Under the pieces are notes generated by a model that did not search any database, had not been told where the DNA came from, and worked only from the letters and a program-made list of their open reading frames with translations. A DNA stretch of 64,000 nt, taken from NCBI RefSeq assembly GCF_009834535.1, contig NC_045697.1:14386001-14450000 (forward strand), given 5' to 3'. Numbering within the stretch: the first letter of the stretch is position 1; each line of letters starts with the position of its first letter. The translations under genes were made by a program, and so were the position numbers. Source of the stretch: Camelus ferus (taxonomy: Eukaryota). Shown in pieces: positions 1 to 13,295 of this stretch.

Positions 1-574
1 TGCTCCAAAAAATGCCATACATGCAATAGATGGTCCAGGCTCTGTAGTAAAAAGGTAGAAAAATAAATAACAAGTTACAGTGTCCTTTTACTGCCCGAGG
101 GCAAAAGTCACATCTATTTCCTTACTATTCACTTTTCAGGAGTTTAGAGCAGTTCCATTTTCTGCAGAAACTTAATATGTGTGAATTGTTGATTGAGGAT
201 TTCATGATTTGGTATGTCGTATGGACAAAGTGACTTAAAATTCCACAGGCAGTTTGGTGTAGTAGAAAGAACCTTGACTTGAGAGGCAGAAGACAAGGTC
301 TGAAGGCAAAGAAGGCAGAGATTTCATTATTTCATTGGCTATTTCACTGATTATTTGACTTTGGTACAACCAACCATCACCTAGGTCAAGTCTTCAGTGT
401 TTGTCTCTGCAAAATTTGGAGAAAGTGGGATTAATTGTTCTCAAAGGTGTATTGACAGAGCTCTGACTATATAATTTACCTTCACCACAAAATCCAAAGT
501 GTCGACATGGGACATTTTTGTTTGCATTGGACCTTTTGGGTAGAAGGGCTCAGGAACTCAGTGTCAGTACCTAC

Positions 575-760
575 CACGTTAACACCTCCATTACACATGC
601 TTTCTTTTAGACCTCTCCCCAATATTGTGAGCAGATAACATTATCCCCATTGACAAATAAGAAAGATGAAGTTCGGGGAAGTAAATTACCCAGTAAGTGT
701 CACAGCTGGGATTGGAATCCAGGATGAGATGGCTCTCAGTCCTTCACCTATGCACTGAAA
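575..760 (-). mobile_element. MIR SINE fragment
   Basis: Reverse MIR core: attatccccattgacaaataagaaagatgaagttcggggaagtaaattaccc...ctgggattggaatccagg. Boundaries approximate. Confidence 0.7.
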
Positions 761-3700
761 CACACATCCTCCCTCCATCTCCAGTATAGTGATGCTCAGA
801 AGAGGGCAGTGCAGGACGCTGCCTGAGAGGCCACACTTCAACACCACCTTCATCCAACTCTAGCAGAGCGCGCTATGATCAGCTGAAGAATATTCTACTC
901 ACATAAAACTCTAATTAATTAGGAAAATCTGGCAATGAACTGCATGCTCCCATTCTGTTTTCAATAAATGTAATCTATCTAATAAATCAGTAGCACTTAT
1001 TCGTGGTAATACAAAGTGTGATCAGTAACAGGCTTGCCTTCCATTAAGGAAGTAATATGGGGCTTCACGTGGCACTCCAGGAGAAACCATGTCGGCATTA
1101 TTAGCATTCGCTTCACTGCACAGATTACATGCTGCCTTGATTCCGCTGCTGACAAGCAGTAAATTGCTCAGTTATGTATGGTGGATTAAAATGTGTTTAA
1201 TCTACTATTAGTTCCATGAAAAACTGTATTGCTCACCCTACTTCTCATCACCATGGGCAACAATAGGGGGACCTAAAATAATTACAGACCACAAGCTGTA
1301 AGAGTGAACCACAAAGAGACTAATCACATCTTTTCCTGCAATTTGTTTATTTCAAATAATGTTTAGTGAGTTTTTTTTTCCCCATGAAGAGCTCTGTATT
1401 GGACCACATTTTTGGTAAAATGACCCAAAATGGTTTTTAACTGTAGGAGCTAGTGCTGTTTACTTTCTTGGTGACAGGGCACTAAATTACTGCCTGGAAT
1501 GTTTTATGTTCTTCCTTTCTCTAGATATTTCAACAAATATTCTTTATGATCACTGTTTTGGGACAAGAAAGGGCCTACTCTTTAGAAAGCTATGGAAAAC
1601 TAAATACCTAGATAACTGCAGAAAGTTGAAGTGATATAACCAGGAACTATGCTGAGAGGTCCTAAAAAAAAAAAAACCAAAATAGGAGAAAGCGTCATTG
1701 CCCATTTATGCAAAGCTACTGTGAAAAAAATTGCTGAATACTTTGCGTCTGAGAAGTTAAGAACTAAATGTGATGCCAAAAAGCAGTACCTCTTTTGGCC
1801 GATATTTTTGAAAAAATAAGTTTTCTCTTTTCCTTAACGTGGAACCTATAATATATATTATATTGGTCATATTATACATATTATACATTTGCATAAGAAA
1901 CATGTATATTCCTTCAGAATTTTGTGAAGACTAATAGGTGATACATTAAAAATGAAAATAGAAATTTGTTTGCACATAGGCTTACCCCTACAGGGGTTTA
2001 AAATTCACACTGGAAAAAAATGGTTTTGCTTATTTCCTTGTTGACCTATTTGTGTGCTTAAAAAGTAAAGTCCCTTAGTTTGAATGATTTGTTGGTGATG
2101 TTTTAGCTCACTCTATACATTTCTGTTTTTCAATCAAGGATCTTTGAACAATAGAAGGAAGGGGTTCAGAGGACAATGAGTTAATTTTCCAGAGCAGCAT
2201 TATCTATTCTAGTAAAATGGTCTTGCCATGTTGCTCAGTGGGTTTTTTTTAAGGCACACTTTCTTTTATTATTTATAGATTATGTTGTTTAAAGTTTTCT
2301 GCATGGTGAGTAGCTGCTGCTATGACAAAATGACACTGACAAAAATTCAAAACTATGTCTGAGTCCTGGTTCTGTCACCAAATAGCTTGTGATTCTGGGT
2401 CATTCTTACAAATGTGCTGCCCCTTGTTTCCTCATTTCAGAAAATGTTAATATTTCTCTTGATGTGGCTTTGAAATGACATGACCTAACGCATGTGAAAG
2501 CATTTTAAGGTAATGTTTAATGCACACTGTCCATCAAGCTTTATTAACATATTAATAACACACCTCACTTGGTGGCACGACTCGCTTTTCTCCCTTTATG
2601 GTATTTCAATGATGATTCTCAAAAGCTTTATGGGTCATATTTGCCCCCTGACAATGCTCCAGCTTTGCCCTTACATTCCTGAAGTTTTCTATAACCTATT
2701 AACTCTGCTATATTTCTACCCATTCCTCTAACATGATATTTGGTATCATGTCAATTGGTCATTTATGTAAATTAATTTATATGGTGATTAACTTCCTCAG
2801 ATTGGCTCAAATATTAACTCTTTTCTCAAAGTTGCCAGCCTTGCTTACACTGAGGTTAACACGCTCACAAATGGTGTTTTAAAATTATTTCTTAGGACTT
2901 TGCAGACAGATTTTTAGACTTGATATTTATTTTGTAATTAACTTGTAAAGTATTTGAAGACAGAGAATGGCTTCCTTAATCTTTGCATCTCCTTGTTCCA
3001 AATTTTATTGCAGGCACATAGAGCCAGGGAAGCACCCTTAAACTAGGTGTTTGGTGAAGGTAGAGTGTGTCCTGGGCAGGGCTACCGGCCCTGGGATCCA
3101 AGAACACCTGGACGATAGCTTGTAAGGGGATCCAGAAACTAGATCTCCATAGAGATTTCACCTGAAAGAGGAGAACAGAGCTCAGAACCTAGGAGTGGAG
3201 GCCAGAGATAAGAGAGTTCTAAAGGGAAGAATTAGCCAGGAATTCCTTGAGGCTTAGATTTAGCTCTAGGGCCACTTGCAGAGTGCCCACAACCCTGCTC
3301 AAGGTTGAGGAGGGAGCTATCTGAGGTGTCTTGAACATATTAATTTATTCAAGCAACAAGTACCTATTTAAAACCTATGCTTTCCCAGGAAAAGTACTGG
3401 GTACTAGAATAAGTTGGTGACCCAACCATCAGTGGCCCTGCCTTCATTAATATCCCATCCTATAGGTATTCAGAAAACAAGTGAGTTAATTTATTATTAC
3501 AGATGATGGTAAGTGCTGAGAAAGGAATAAACCAGGTGCAGTGGTAGAGTGCATTTGGGAGTAGCAATCTGACCTACATAGCCACGTGATGCACAGACAT
3601 GTGATCAAGGAGGCAAGATTTGAGATGTTATCGGAAGCATCAGGAGGAACCACACATACCAAATAGTAGGGAAAGTGTGTCCCAGGAAACAATACGCGAA

Positions 3701-3789
3701 AAGGCTGTAACAGCAGAAAGAGCCAGAAGCTCTTTGCCACAAGTAATTATTTTTTTCAATGATGTAAAAAAAAAAAAAAAGGAACTTGT

Positions 3790-4200
3790 AGACAAGACTT
3801 TGGGGAGGAGAGGAGAAGGCAGCCCCAAGGCAGGGTATGTTTTGAGCTCCAAACTCTCCCAGCCAAGCCGAGGTCCCACCTCCACATTCCCTCCTGCAGG
3901 GTCAGCATCTGGTCATTTCTCTGGAAAGAACTTGTGCTTAGGAAACTGAAAGGAGCCCAACATGACTACAACACAGAGAACGAGTGGTGTCTGACGTAGT
4001 TGTTGTTCAGTGAATACTGTGTCGACTCCTAACTGCGTCCCTGGACCTAACCAGGTGCTTCTTTCCAGCATGGTTTGGATGCTGAGGACTTTATTCAATT
4101 CTGTGAGCTGCCCTAGATCCTTCCAAAGACTTTTTTTTAATTCTCCCATTAGCCAGGCTAGGGTTCTGTTGCTTACCATCTAAGAGCCCTAATGGAAACA
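3790..4200 (+). mobile_element. Old ERVL/MaLR-class LTR fragment
   Basis: Ends with a typical old-LTR 3' terminus: ggttctgttgcttaccatctaagagccctaatggaaaca. Subfamily and 5' boundary uncertain. Confidence 0.45.
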
Positions 4201-4454
4201 GACACTCCTCTGTCCTTATCTTGCTTTCTGACTTGCCCGTTTAGCATCATTCAACACATTTCCTACTTCCTGGAGGATTATGGTCTTTAGGCTTATGTGG
4301 ACCCATATTCTTGTGGCTTTATTCTCATATCTCTGTGCTTCTTTTCAGGGTCTTTTTTGCTGTCTCTGCCTCATTTCCTTTACTGATCTTCTAAATGTCA
4401 AAATTCCTCACATCCCAAGGCTGAATCCTCCTCCTTTTTCTCTTTTCAGTCATT

Positions 4455-4670
4455 CTCAGTGGTTAAGACCATGGATTCTGAAGCCAGTATATGTTGGTTC
4501 ATATTCCAAACTTGTAACTTCCTAGCTGTGTGACCTTGAGAAGGTCACTTAACCATTCTGTGCTTCAATTTCTTCATTTAAAAAGCTTACTTAATAGGGC
4601 TGCTGAGAGAATTACCTCTAAAGTGTGTTGAACAGAGCTTGTTTCACTATATGTACTCAATACATGTTAT
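4455..4670 (+). mobile_element. MIR SINE
   Basis: cagtggttaagaccatggattctgaagccag...ctagctgtgtgaccttgagaaggtcacttaaccattctgtgcttcaatttcttcatt matches the MIR consensus. Confidence 0.85.
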
Positions 4671-4824
4671 TTTTACTCTAATTTTTAGTAATCATCCATG
4701 TTCATGACACTACATACCACTTATATGCTGATGATCCTTAAGTTTATATCTTAAGCCCAAAATACCCCTCTTAGCTCTGTAATCATATATCTAACTACCG
4801 TAATTTATGAAACTTCACAAGACT

Positions 4825-4893
4825 AGTACAGGGAACTATATTCATTTTCTTGTAATAAGCTAAAATGGAAAAGAATCTGAAAATATATGTGTA

Positions 4894-4924
<31 letters not shown>

Positions 4925-5035
4925 AATATGTGTATGTATGTGTATAACTGGATCACTTTGCTGTACACCTGAAACTAACATTGTAAATCAACACCTCAAT
5001 AAAAAATAAAATTAAAAATAAAACAAAACAGAAAA
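4825..5035 (+). mobile_element. 5'-truncated L1 3' end with internal (TG)n and A-rich tail
   Basis: acagggaactatattca...ataactggatcactttgctgtacacctgaaactaacattgtaaatcaac...aataaaaaataaa. Imperfect flanking duplication aaacttcacaagacta / aaactttataaaacta. Confidence 0.85.
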
Positions 5036-5678
5036 ACTTTATAAAACTAAATCTGAACTTCTGATCCCTGAGTCTTAACACTTCACTCAACGTTTTTCCC
5101 CCTGCTTTTCTGTGAAAAGGCTTCCATATCTGTTTATTTGCTTAAGTCAGAAAACTTGGAATCATCTGTATTGTTTCTCTTCCTCTCCTGGTCACTTTCA
5201 ATCCATCATCAAATTTGGTCATTTAAAAAATTTTCAAAATACAGATCAAATCATTTCATTCCTTTACATCTCAACTACCACAATTTTCAGTCCAATTTAC
5301 CATCGCATTTTGGCCAGACTCCTGCAATATCTTCCTTACTGCTTTTCTCTTCTTCATTCTTCCTCCTTGACCAAACCCATTATCTGTCAAATAGTGTCTT
5401 AAAAACACAGGCCATGTCACTCCCCTACTTAAATTATCAATGGCTTCTTGCCACACTTTGAGCCAAATTGAGCTCACATGGCTCTGTGTGACCTGCTCCA
5501 TGCTCCCTCCTGGAGGATGTCACCTTATAAATCTCTCTCACTCTCTCCCATTTCTTGGCTTGGGACTTTCACATTTGCTGTTTCTTCAACTGGAAATAAC
5601 TTTTTCCTTGCTTGTTTCATGAGTGCTTCTCTCTTTAGGTCTGGCATAAAATACCCAGACTTATTATGACAGGCTTTG

Positions 5679-5711
5679 CGTATCAGTTAGGGCTGGCCTA
5701 CAGAGAAACAG

Positions 5712-5751
<40 letters not shown>

Positions 5752-6123
5752 GAGAGAGAGGGGGGGGGGGAGGGAGAGAGAGAGGGAGAGAGATTGAGGA
5801 TTTTAAGGAATTGGTTCATTGGATTGTGAGACTGGCAAGTCTAAAATCTGCAGGGGGTGCTGGTAGGCTGGAAACTCTGTTACAGTATTGAGGCACAATT
5901 CTTTCTTTTCAGGGAAACCTCAAAATTTGTTCTTAAGGCCTTCAATGGATTGGACGAGGCAAACCAGATTATCAAGGGTCATCTTCTTTACTTAAACTCA
6001 ACTGACTGTAGATGTTAATCACACCTACAGAATAGGTTCACGGCCACATCTAGACTGGTGCTTGAATGAGCAACTGGGCACCATGGCCTAACCCCCGTCA
6101 ACAGGTAAACTTCAACCATCACG
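5679..6123 (-). mobile_element. MLT2-type (ERVL) solo LTR containing a (TG)n/(GA)n microsatellite
   Basis: tatcagttaggg...cagagaaacagaac...ttaaggaattggttcatt...ggcaagtctaaaatctgcagg...aaccatcac is the reverse MLT2 pattern. Confidence 0.8.
5715..5792. repeat. Compound (TG)n-(GA)n-poly-G microsatellite
   Basis: Directly visible. Confidence 0.95.
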
Positions 6124-8306
6124 ACTTCTACTTCCTCTGTGCCCACATGGGCCTTGCTCACAGAGCTGTCCTTTCCTTTACTGAATGTACCACACTGTGC
6201 ACTTAATTTTTTTCCCTTTCTTATTAATTATGTACTTTCTGTGCCAAACTCTAGTATCTCTGAGTAGAGGACAGTTCTCTCAGATTCATAAATCTATATC
6301 CAAAATTAGCAAAGTTCCTGGCATATGACAAGCATTCAGTACATGATCGGTGCCCCGTACACGTTTGTGGGAAGAATTCACAACCAAGGGGAGCTTGACA
6401 TGAGTGGTTTTGACTCAACCTCCTAACATTCTATGGGAGTTGGAATGTCATACATTAAGCATAACTCATTAGAATGTGCATAGAAAAGGAAATTACTGAT
6501 TCTATCTCATTTTCTTTTTGACACATTTCTTTGTATTTCCCTCCAGTTAAATTATTCGGCACAGATTTAAGAGGATTTATAGTCTAACACAACTTAACTC
6601 AAATGTAGCATTGAAAAGACAAAGTTTTGGCAACTTATTTTATTTTAATGAAGATTTGACTGCCTGCCAGGGTCACGGGAATGACTGCCAGTTAGGCTCC
6701 TATTAATGAACACGCTGAAGCGGGGTTGTGACAAGATGGAAACGGATCTGACTTTATGGGACAGGTTCACTGCCAGCAGCTTGCGGTGACGGATGGTGCC
6801 CCAGATTTGTTGTTAGTTTCAGCCACAAAACATCCAAAGTTGCACAGCAGCCTCTTTAAGGAACATGTAGTGCATTTGAAAATGTATTTATTGGGCTCCC
6901 AGTGATCTATTTATGTGAACCAATTAGTTCTTCCACAAAGAATGAGGGGGAGTAATGCTGGTAAAGTTGATTCATACAGCGGTCTTACCGCCACCCTGTG
7001 CCTGGGTCCTGGAATGTAAAGACTGGGTTCCAAGTAAGCAATTTGTATCAACAAACCTTTAGATGAAGCAGCTTTTGACCTTGTTCTGTATTCATTTCTT
7101 ACACAGTGCTAAGGGAAGTAGGAAGTCCCGAAGTATTCAGAAGACAGAGACATTAATATTATTATTTTTAAAAATCTTGATCCTTCAAGGGATATGTGAG
7201 TTTGAAGTCAGCAGACATATTGTTCTCAGACTAAAAAAAAAAAAAAAAGTCTTAGGAGGATTAATTGAACTAACATAAGAAACCGATAGGATTCTCCAGA
7301 AAAATTCAGTAGCAGGAGGCTTTACTGACTTCTGCAGAGTGCTGGTTGTTGCCCTAACCCAGAGTCTCCTTCTGTGAACATACCCTGCTGTCCAGACTAC
7401 ATTTCCTCGCTTCCCCGGGCAGCTCATGTGACTAGTGAGCCCATGAGATGTAAGTGAGTGACACACGTAACTTCTGTGTTCTCTCTAAATTAAGACAAGC
7501 CGCCTGCCCCGCTCTATAGTTCTTTCACCTTCCCTCAGGACATGAGCGTGAGAGTGATCTGGTTTGCACAACGCGGATGGGGCCAGCAGCCCAGCCAGGG
7601 GACGTGGGCAACGGGCTGGAAGGAATCTGGATCCCTGAGTGTCCTGATGGAGCAAAACTGCTCCATCAGACTGGGCCAACCCACCTGTGATTTGAGAGAA
7701 AAATAAAATTTGATCTTACTTACAGGATTGTTGTGGATAAATGGATAAAAAAAAATCTAGAAGATTTTAGAAGCACTTCCGGGGAATTTTTGCTTTCTGT
7801 AAGGATTGCTTTTATGTAAGTTGTTTTTTAAATCCACCTACATCTCTAGGTTGCATTTTATGTTTAAAACATCACCAACTATGTTACTGCTTTTGATTTT
7901 CACAAAATCTCAGTAAGGAAATCATTACGAGAAATACTATGTCAGTTTCTCCAAGAATTCAAAAGGCAGAGTAAAATAAAACCAAAATAAAGTGCGCTAT
8001 TTCCCAGTGTGTCTTTGGGGAAGGGTGTGGGCAAAGACAATTTAAGAAAGCGCTTCTAGACAGTAACATGAGTCAGAGGAACAGGATGACAATGGTGCTA
8101 ATGATAATAATGGTGATGGAAGAATAATAACAGCTACACTCGGAGCGCTATCATGAGATGGGTTCTGAGCTCTGTGCTTCACATTCATTATCTTTGCAAA
8201 GCATCCGTGAGATGCTGTGTCTCCAACTTTGCAGATGACATAAGTGAAGCTCCTGTATCTTGCCAAGTGGTAAACAGAACATTTTACTCCAGAATAGGTA
8301 CAGGTT

Positions 8307-8987
8307 TGTGTAGAGATGAGTTACCACTGCAGGAGTGAGACTCCTGTCCTTGGAAAGGTCTGCTTGCAAGGTGGGCCCTTGACTGATCTACTAGTCTACT
8401 AGGGAGGTTGTAACAAAATGCCACAGACTGGGTGGTTTAAACAATGGAAATTTATTTTCTTACAGGTCTGGAGGCTGGCCGTCTAGGAGCCAGGGCTGGT
8501 TCCTCCTGGGGCCTCTCCCCTTGGTTTGCAGCTTTGGCTGCCTTCTCACTTCATCCTCACAAGGCCTCTCCTCTGTGCACACACATCCCTGGTGTCCCTC
8601 CTTCTTCTTATAAGGACTCTACTCCTGTTGGATTGGACCTCCCCTTTCTGACCCCACTGAACCTCCTGGAGGTCTGAATTTTGGTCCGTGCTAGACAGAG
8701 GGTGCCTACAAGACTAGCCCCAATAAAAGCTGAGTGCCTAACGATCTTCCTTAGTAGACAACGTTTCTGCTGGGGAAACTGAACATATCCTGCGTGACTC
8801 CACTAGGAAAGGACTCGTAAGTTTGCATCTGGCGTCCTCCAAGCGTGGCCCTGTGCACCCTTTCCCTTTGCTGATTTTGCCGTGTACCCTTCTGCTGTAA
8901 TAGATCAGAGCTGTGAATATGACTACACACGGTGTCCTGTGAGTCTTGCTAGCAAATCACCTGGGGAGTGACGTGGGACTTCCGACA
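8307..8987 (+). mobile_element. MER68/MER21-like ERVL LTR interrupted by an MLT1 fragment
   Basis: 5' end tgtgtagagatgagttacc...ccttggaaaggtctgcttgcaaggtgggccctt. 3' part ccccaataaaagc...ttttccctttgctgattttgc...gggacttccgaca. Confidence 0.7.
8388..8660 (-). mobile_element. MLT1A/B-type MaLR LTR fragment nested in the MER68-like LTR
   Basis: gtaacaaaatgccacagactgggtggtttaaacaatggaaatttattttcttacaggtctggaggctgg...cttcttataaggac. Confidence 0.8.
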
Positions 8988-9552
8988 TAACTTTCCTCCT
9001 TGCCATTCTCTAGTTTGGTGGAGCAAAGAAGAATGTCCAGCCTGTCCTGGAGTAGCAACAGCCCTTATGCCCACATCCATTGTTCAGAACTCAGTGTGAC
9101 AGCCCTGTGTGGCTTCAGGAGAGGCTGAGAGAATAGCCTTCCTATATACTTAAGAATAAAATAAAATTCAGTTTCCTCCAAATTTGTTGCATTTAGATAA
9201 TTCATATGAAGAATTTATTACACTCATTGAGAAAAAAACAAACAGGTTTAATAGGCAAAGCTGAGTTAAATATCCTGCATACACATTTTACTTAAAGAAA
9301 GTAAAATTTATTTTAAAATTTAGGCACTATAGAGATGATGCAGGATGACTTTTATCTGTGATCAGGATCTAGTACTTTAATTCCAAAATCAAGTACGGAG
9401 AGCGATACAATGAGCCAGACACCCGGAGTTAGGAGTGGGGGATGTCAAGGTGAATGAGGCCCAGGACATGGTTTTTAGGGAGCTCATAAATTCAACAGAA
9501 ATGAGGGTCTTCAGGCCACTTTTCTTTCTTTTTTTTTTTTTTCCCCTTGAGG

Positions 9553-9602
9553 GTTTTGTTTTGTTTTGTTTTGTTTGTTTGTTTGTTTGTTTGTTTGTTT
9601 TT
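9553..9602. repeat. (GTTTT)n/(GTTT)n microsatellite
   Basis: Directly visible. Confidence 0.9.
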
Positions 9603-11296
9603 GGTAGAGGGAGAGGAGGAGTGATGGCTAGTGGTGTGGGGAAGAGTTAGCCCTTCAAGGGTAAATCCCTCTTGGAATAAGGGTGGAGTAGAGGGCAGGG
9701 TTTACACCCCTGCCTTCCCTAGTGGGATTCCCAAGCAAACAAAGAGGATGCCGAGAGTTGGTGTGTCATCCCATCAGACCAAAGTGTCCCAAAATAGGGA
9801 CTTCTGGACCAACATGGGTATAATAGTTATTGCAAAATAGAATTAAACGTTCATGATTAATTGCTCACTGTTAACTAAAAATACTTAATCTGTAGGATAT
9901 GTGTCAAAAGAATCTCCCCCTGCCCCTGCCACATACATATGAATACATGCCTGTAAAAATACCTATGAGAATAAAGAAGAAAGTTAAAAGTGGTTACCTC
10001 CAGCGAGGTGGAATGGGGAGTTGATTGTAGATATGACACTTACATATCTCGATTTATACCCCCAGTATTACTTCAAATGTTTAGCATCGTACTTAGTTTG
10101 AAATAAATAAGAAATAGATAAACCAAGAAGCATCCGATTGCCACAGAATACATGTAGCATAAATTCATGCTTAAGGCAATATAGTTCAAGATGGCATCAC
10201 GGGTCTTCCTAATGCATTTTAGTTACCTTTGCACTTAGAAGAATGGGAGGAGAAAACCAAAGGGCAGTCACGTCTGTTTTCACACCCTGAATGAAAGGGA
10301 TTGTGCAAAGCGTTTCTCATCATCTTCTCATCCACACCAGTAGTAATATCTGAATCTTCAAAAGAGAATATGATGTCCTGCAAGGCTAAACTACCTGCTC
10401 AAGGTACAAGAATGGCATTTGAGAGGTCTGAGCCCAGGAGAGCACCTGCGATTTCCCAGAACTTAGGAGTCAGAAGGGCAGCCATGTTTATCTGCTTAGA
10501 CCTGTAGACAACCTTCTCTTCAGAGAGTCCTGCTTCTTGGAAATCTGACAGAGAACTCTGCTAGGGCATAGGAAATAACATTTTAACTCCGTTCTTATAC
10601 CTTGATTCTAAAGTACATGAGTAATACTTCGCACTTAAGGAAGATCTTTTATCTGAGTCTTTCAAGAGTGGAACAAAACCAATTATTACCCACCTCCCTT
10701 CATGGTTGGAAAGGAAGATCTTAATCCCTAATTTGCTGACAGGGAAACAGAAGCTGCCTGGGGTGAAGTGATTTACTGAAGGTCACACAATCAGTCTATA
10801 AAAGCCTCAAGAGTAACTCGGAAGGCTCATGACAAAAGAGAAATTGCCTTCTACAATTAGCAACTTATTTCTCGATCCTAACCACCTTATCCACTCTTTC
10901 CCATGCATGTGCTAAACTCCCCTCCTCTCCCTCCCCACCGTAAGTGAGATTTAGAGCTTTCTATGTACACGTGTTTTGTCAAAAATGTAGATCCCTATAA
11001 TTTCAACCTCAGTTCCCTTCGTCTATTTTTAAAGTATAGAAGTTCTCAAGCACTTTGAGTAGGATAGAGAAGCCTTATCAAAGAACTCTCATCTCAGGCT
11101 GATTCCTTTGGCCATAACATCAAATCTCTTGCAGAAATCAAGGAAAAGGTTGGTGCCACTTTTGGTAAAATCCCTAAGGAGATGTCTGGATTGCAGGCAC
11201 AGCCCTAAGGGTGGGATCATGTGCTTGAAATATGACTTCAGACCAAATTTAGCAGCTTTACTCCATAGAGGTGGCTGCCTCCTCACGAACAGCCGC

Positions 11297-12398
11297 TGTG
11301 ATGGACACCTGTGGTGATGCCCGGTACCTCACACCCTTCTTAATCCCTTTGCCTTGAGTGCGGGGATGAGCAAGTGAAAGAATAAGAAACTAACTAATGA
11401 AATGACTTCCCTGATGCTAAAGCTGTTTGCTGATTCATTCTGACTCAAAATGTTTACAACTTGTTTTTCTCTTTTCTCTGACAAACCCCCATCACTGCTT
11501 CACCTGCTCAACTGCTTTTGTGCTAAACAGCCCCCAACCTTCCCATTACACTCCTCACTCCCTATACATTCTTTATCCAGAACAGCTTATCTTTTAACCC
11601 AGAAGCTGGGCTCCGGGAAGGTGGTCATGGGCTGATAGCTTCAGAAGAATGAACAGACCCTCCAGAGTTTCTCTGGGATGCCAGGTGGATTCACAAAGAT
11701 TAAGAAGAAAACAGCACCCCTGAAAATGCCCTGATTGCTGTCGCCTTTTTGTTCTATCCCATTTTTCTATAAAATCTCTAGACTCCAACCCCAAGATGGA
11801 TTCACAGCCCCTAAGGCATTCGCCTGTGTGACTCCCCTTTGCCTGGCAAAGCAATAAAGCTGTTCTTTTCTAATTCTCCCCAAACTCTGCCTCCAAGTCG
11901 CAATTCAATTATTAGGGTACAGAGGTCAGTTCTTCAGCAACACAAGGGTGATGGGAGGTGTTAGACACATGATTAAGTTACACTATGTAAGTCTCTGTTC
12001 TGCAGAGTAGAGACACCCTCTCTTGCTGACTTTGCAAGAAGTGAGCTTCCATGTTAAGAGTCTGTAAGAAGGCCATTGGTAAGGGACAATGGGCAGCCTC
12101 TGGGAGATGAATGGCCCCAGGTTGACAGCTAGCAAATGAATGGGGATCTCAGAAATATAACCACAAGGAAATGAAGTCTGCCAACACCCCCTTGAGCTTG
12201 GAAGAGGACCCCAGAATCCAGAAAGAAACGCAGCCTAACCAATCCCTGGATTGTAGCCTTACGAGGCCCCATGCAGAGGACCCATTTAAGTCATTTCTGG
12301 ACTCCTGAGCTTCCAAACTGTGAGATAATGAATGTGCGTGCTTTTTTTACATCATTAAATATGTGGTAATTTGCTACATCCAAAAGAAAACTAATACA
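11297..12398 (+). mobile_element. MLT1E/F-type MaLR LTR split by a younger LTR
   Basis: Typical MLT1 motifs (aaccacaaggaaatgaagtctgccaac...gagcttggaagaggacccc; aactgtgagataat...tgtggtaatttgctaca...aaaactaataca) continue across the insert. Confidence 0.75.
11375..11942 (+). mobile_element. Complete solo LTR, ERV1-like, 568 bp
   Basis: TG...CA termini, exact 4-bp target-site duplication CAAG (11371-11374 and 11943-11946), TATAAAA at 11768-11774, AATAAA at 11853-11858. Confidence 0.8.
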
Positions 12399-12835
12399 AG
12401 CATCTTGCATTTTTAGGTAAAAAAGAATGTTAACACTTAACATTTTCGGGGAAGAATGACATTAACAAGTAATAAAGTCATATCTTAAAGATGTATTTGA
12501 ATCCAAAGGATATTCTGACCTATTGTAATTCAAAATAGTGAAAGAAAAGGAGACAGGGAAAGATTTGGGACTGGAAGCAGCCAGGTGTCCAAAACATACT
12601 AGGTCTAACTCTTCCAACTATCTTTCATCCTGTGCCTTAAAAAATGGGAAGAATATGCTGTAAATTATTAATTGATGAGAGGAAATATCACAGAGGAATG
12701 TCCATATAAAAACTTAACATCCCAGTAGAGCAGTCATTATCACCTAACACTGACTGAAGTTACGCCGGATTTTGAAAGAGAGCAGCAAAGCAGATTTATG
12801 AATCATCTGTATAGACACTCGGCCGACCTTCTAGG

Positions 12836-13010
12836 TCCGTGTTTTTCAAAATGACCTTCTGTTAGTGGTCTATTAAAATGAGAATTTTTAAAATTAAGAA
12901 GTTTAAAAAAAAAGATCATTAAGCATCATCACCGATTTAACTGAATCAGAACCATCACAGGTAAGACCTGGGCTGCCCATCTGCACACACATCCCACTCA
13001 CTGAGGATTT
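12836..13010. mobile_element. MER5-type hAT-Charlie element (degenerate)
   Basis: gtttttcaaa...aactgaatcagaacc...gaggatttc pattern; heavily diverged. Confidence 0.5.
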
Positions 13011-13131
13011 CCTAAGTTTCCAGTGTAGCCAGATGAACTATTGATACTTGACATTTTAGGGCTCATCACAAGCAGGTCGATTCTGTTTGTGATGGAAGCG
13101 CCTTTATGGCTGGGATTTTACGCATCTAGTT

Positions 13132-13295
13132 CAGTGGCTCTCAATCTTGGCTGTACACAGTAATTTCTGGAGGGCTTTATAAATCCTGATGCTCAAGCCT
13201 CTTCTGGGAGCAGTGACATCAGAACGGTCAAGCATGGTGCCCAGCTATTCGTAGTTTTTAAAGCTCCCCAGATGACTGTAACATGAGACTGCCGA
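13132..13295. mobile_element. MER5B-type hAT-Charlie element
   Basis: cagtggctctcaatcttggctgtacac...gatgctcaagcctc...tttttaaagctccccagatgact. Confidence 0.75.

Larger units (their letters stand above)
4680..6375 (+). mobile_element. L2 LINE 3' region, interrupted by L1 and MLT2 insertions
   Basis: L2-like motifs (accacttatatgctgatga; aaaacttggaatcat; ggactttcacatttgctgtttcttc) lie on both sides of younger inserts. Confidence 0.65.
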
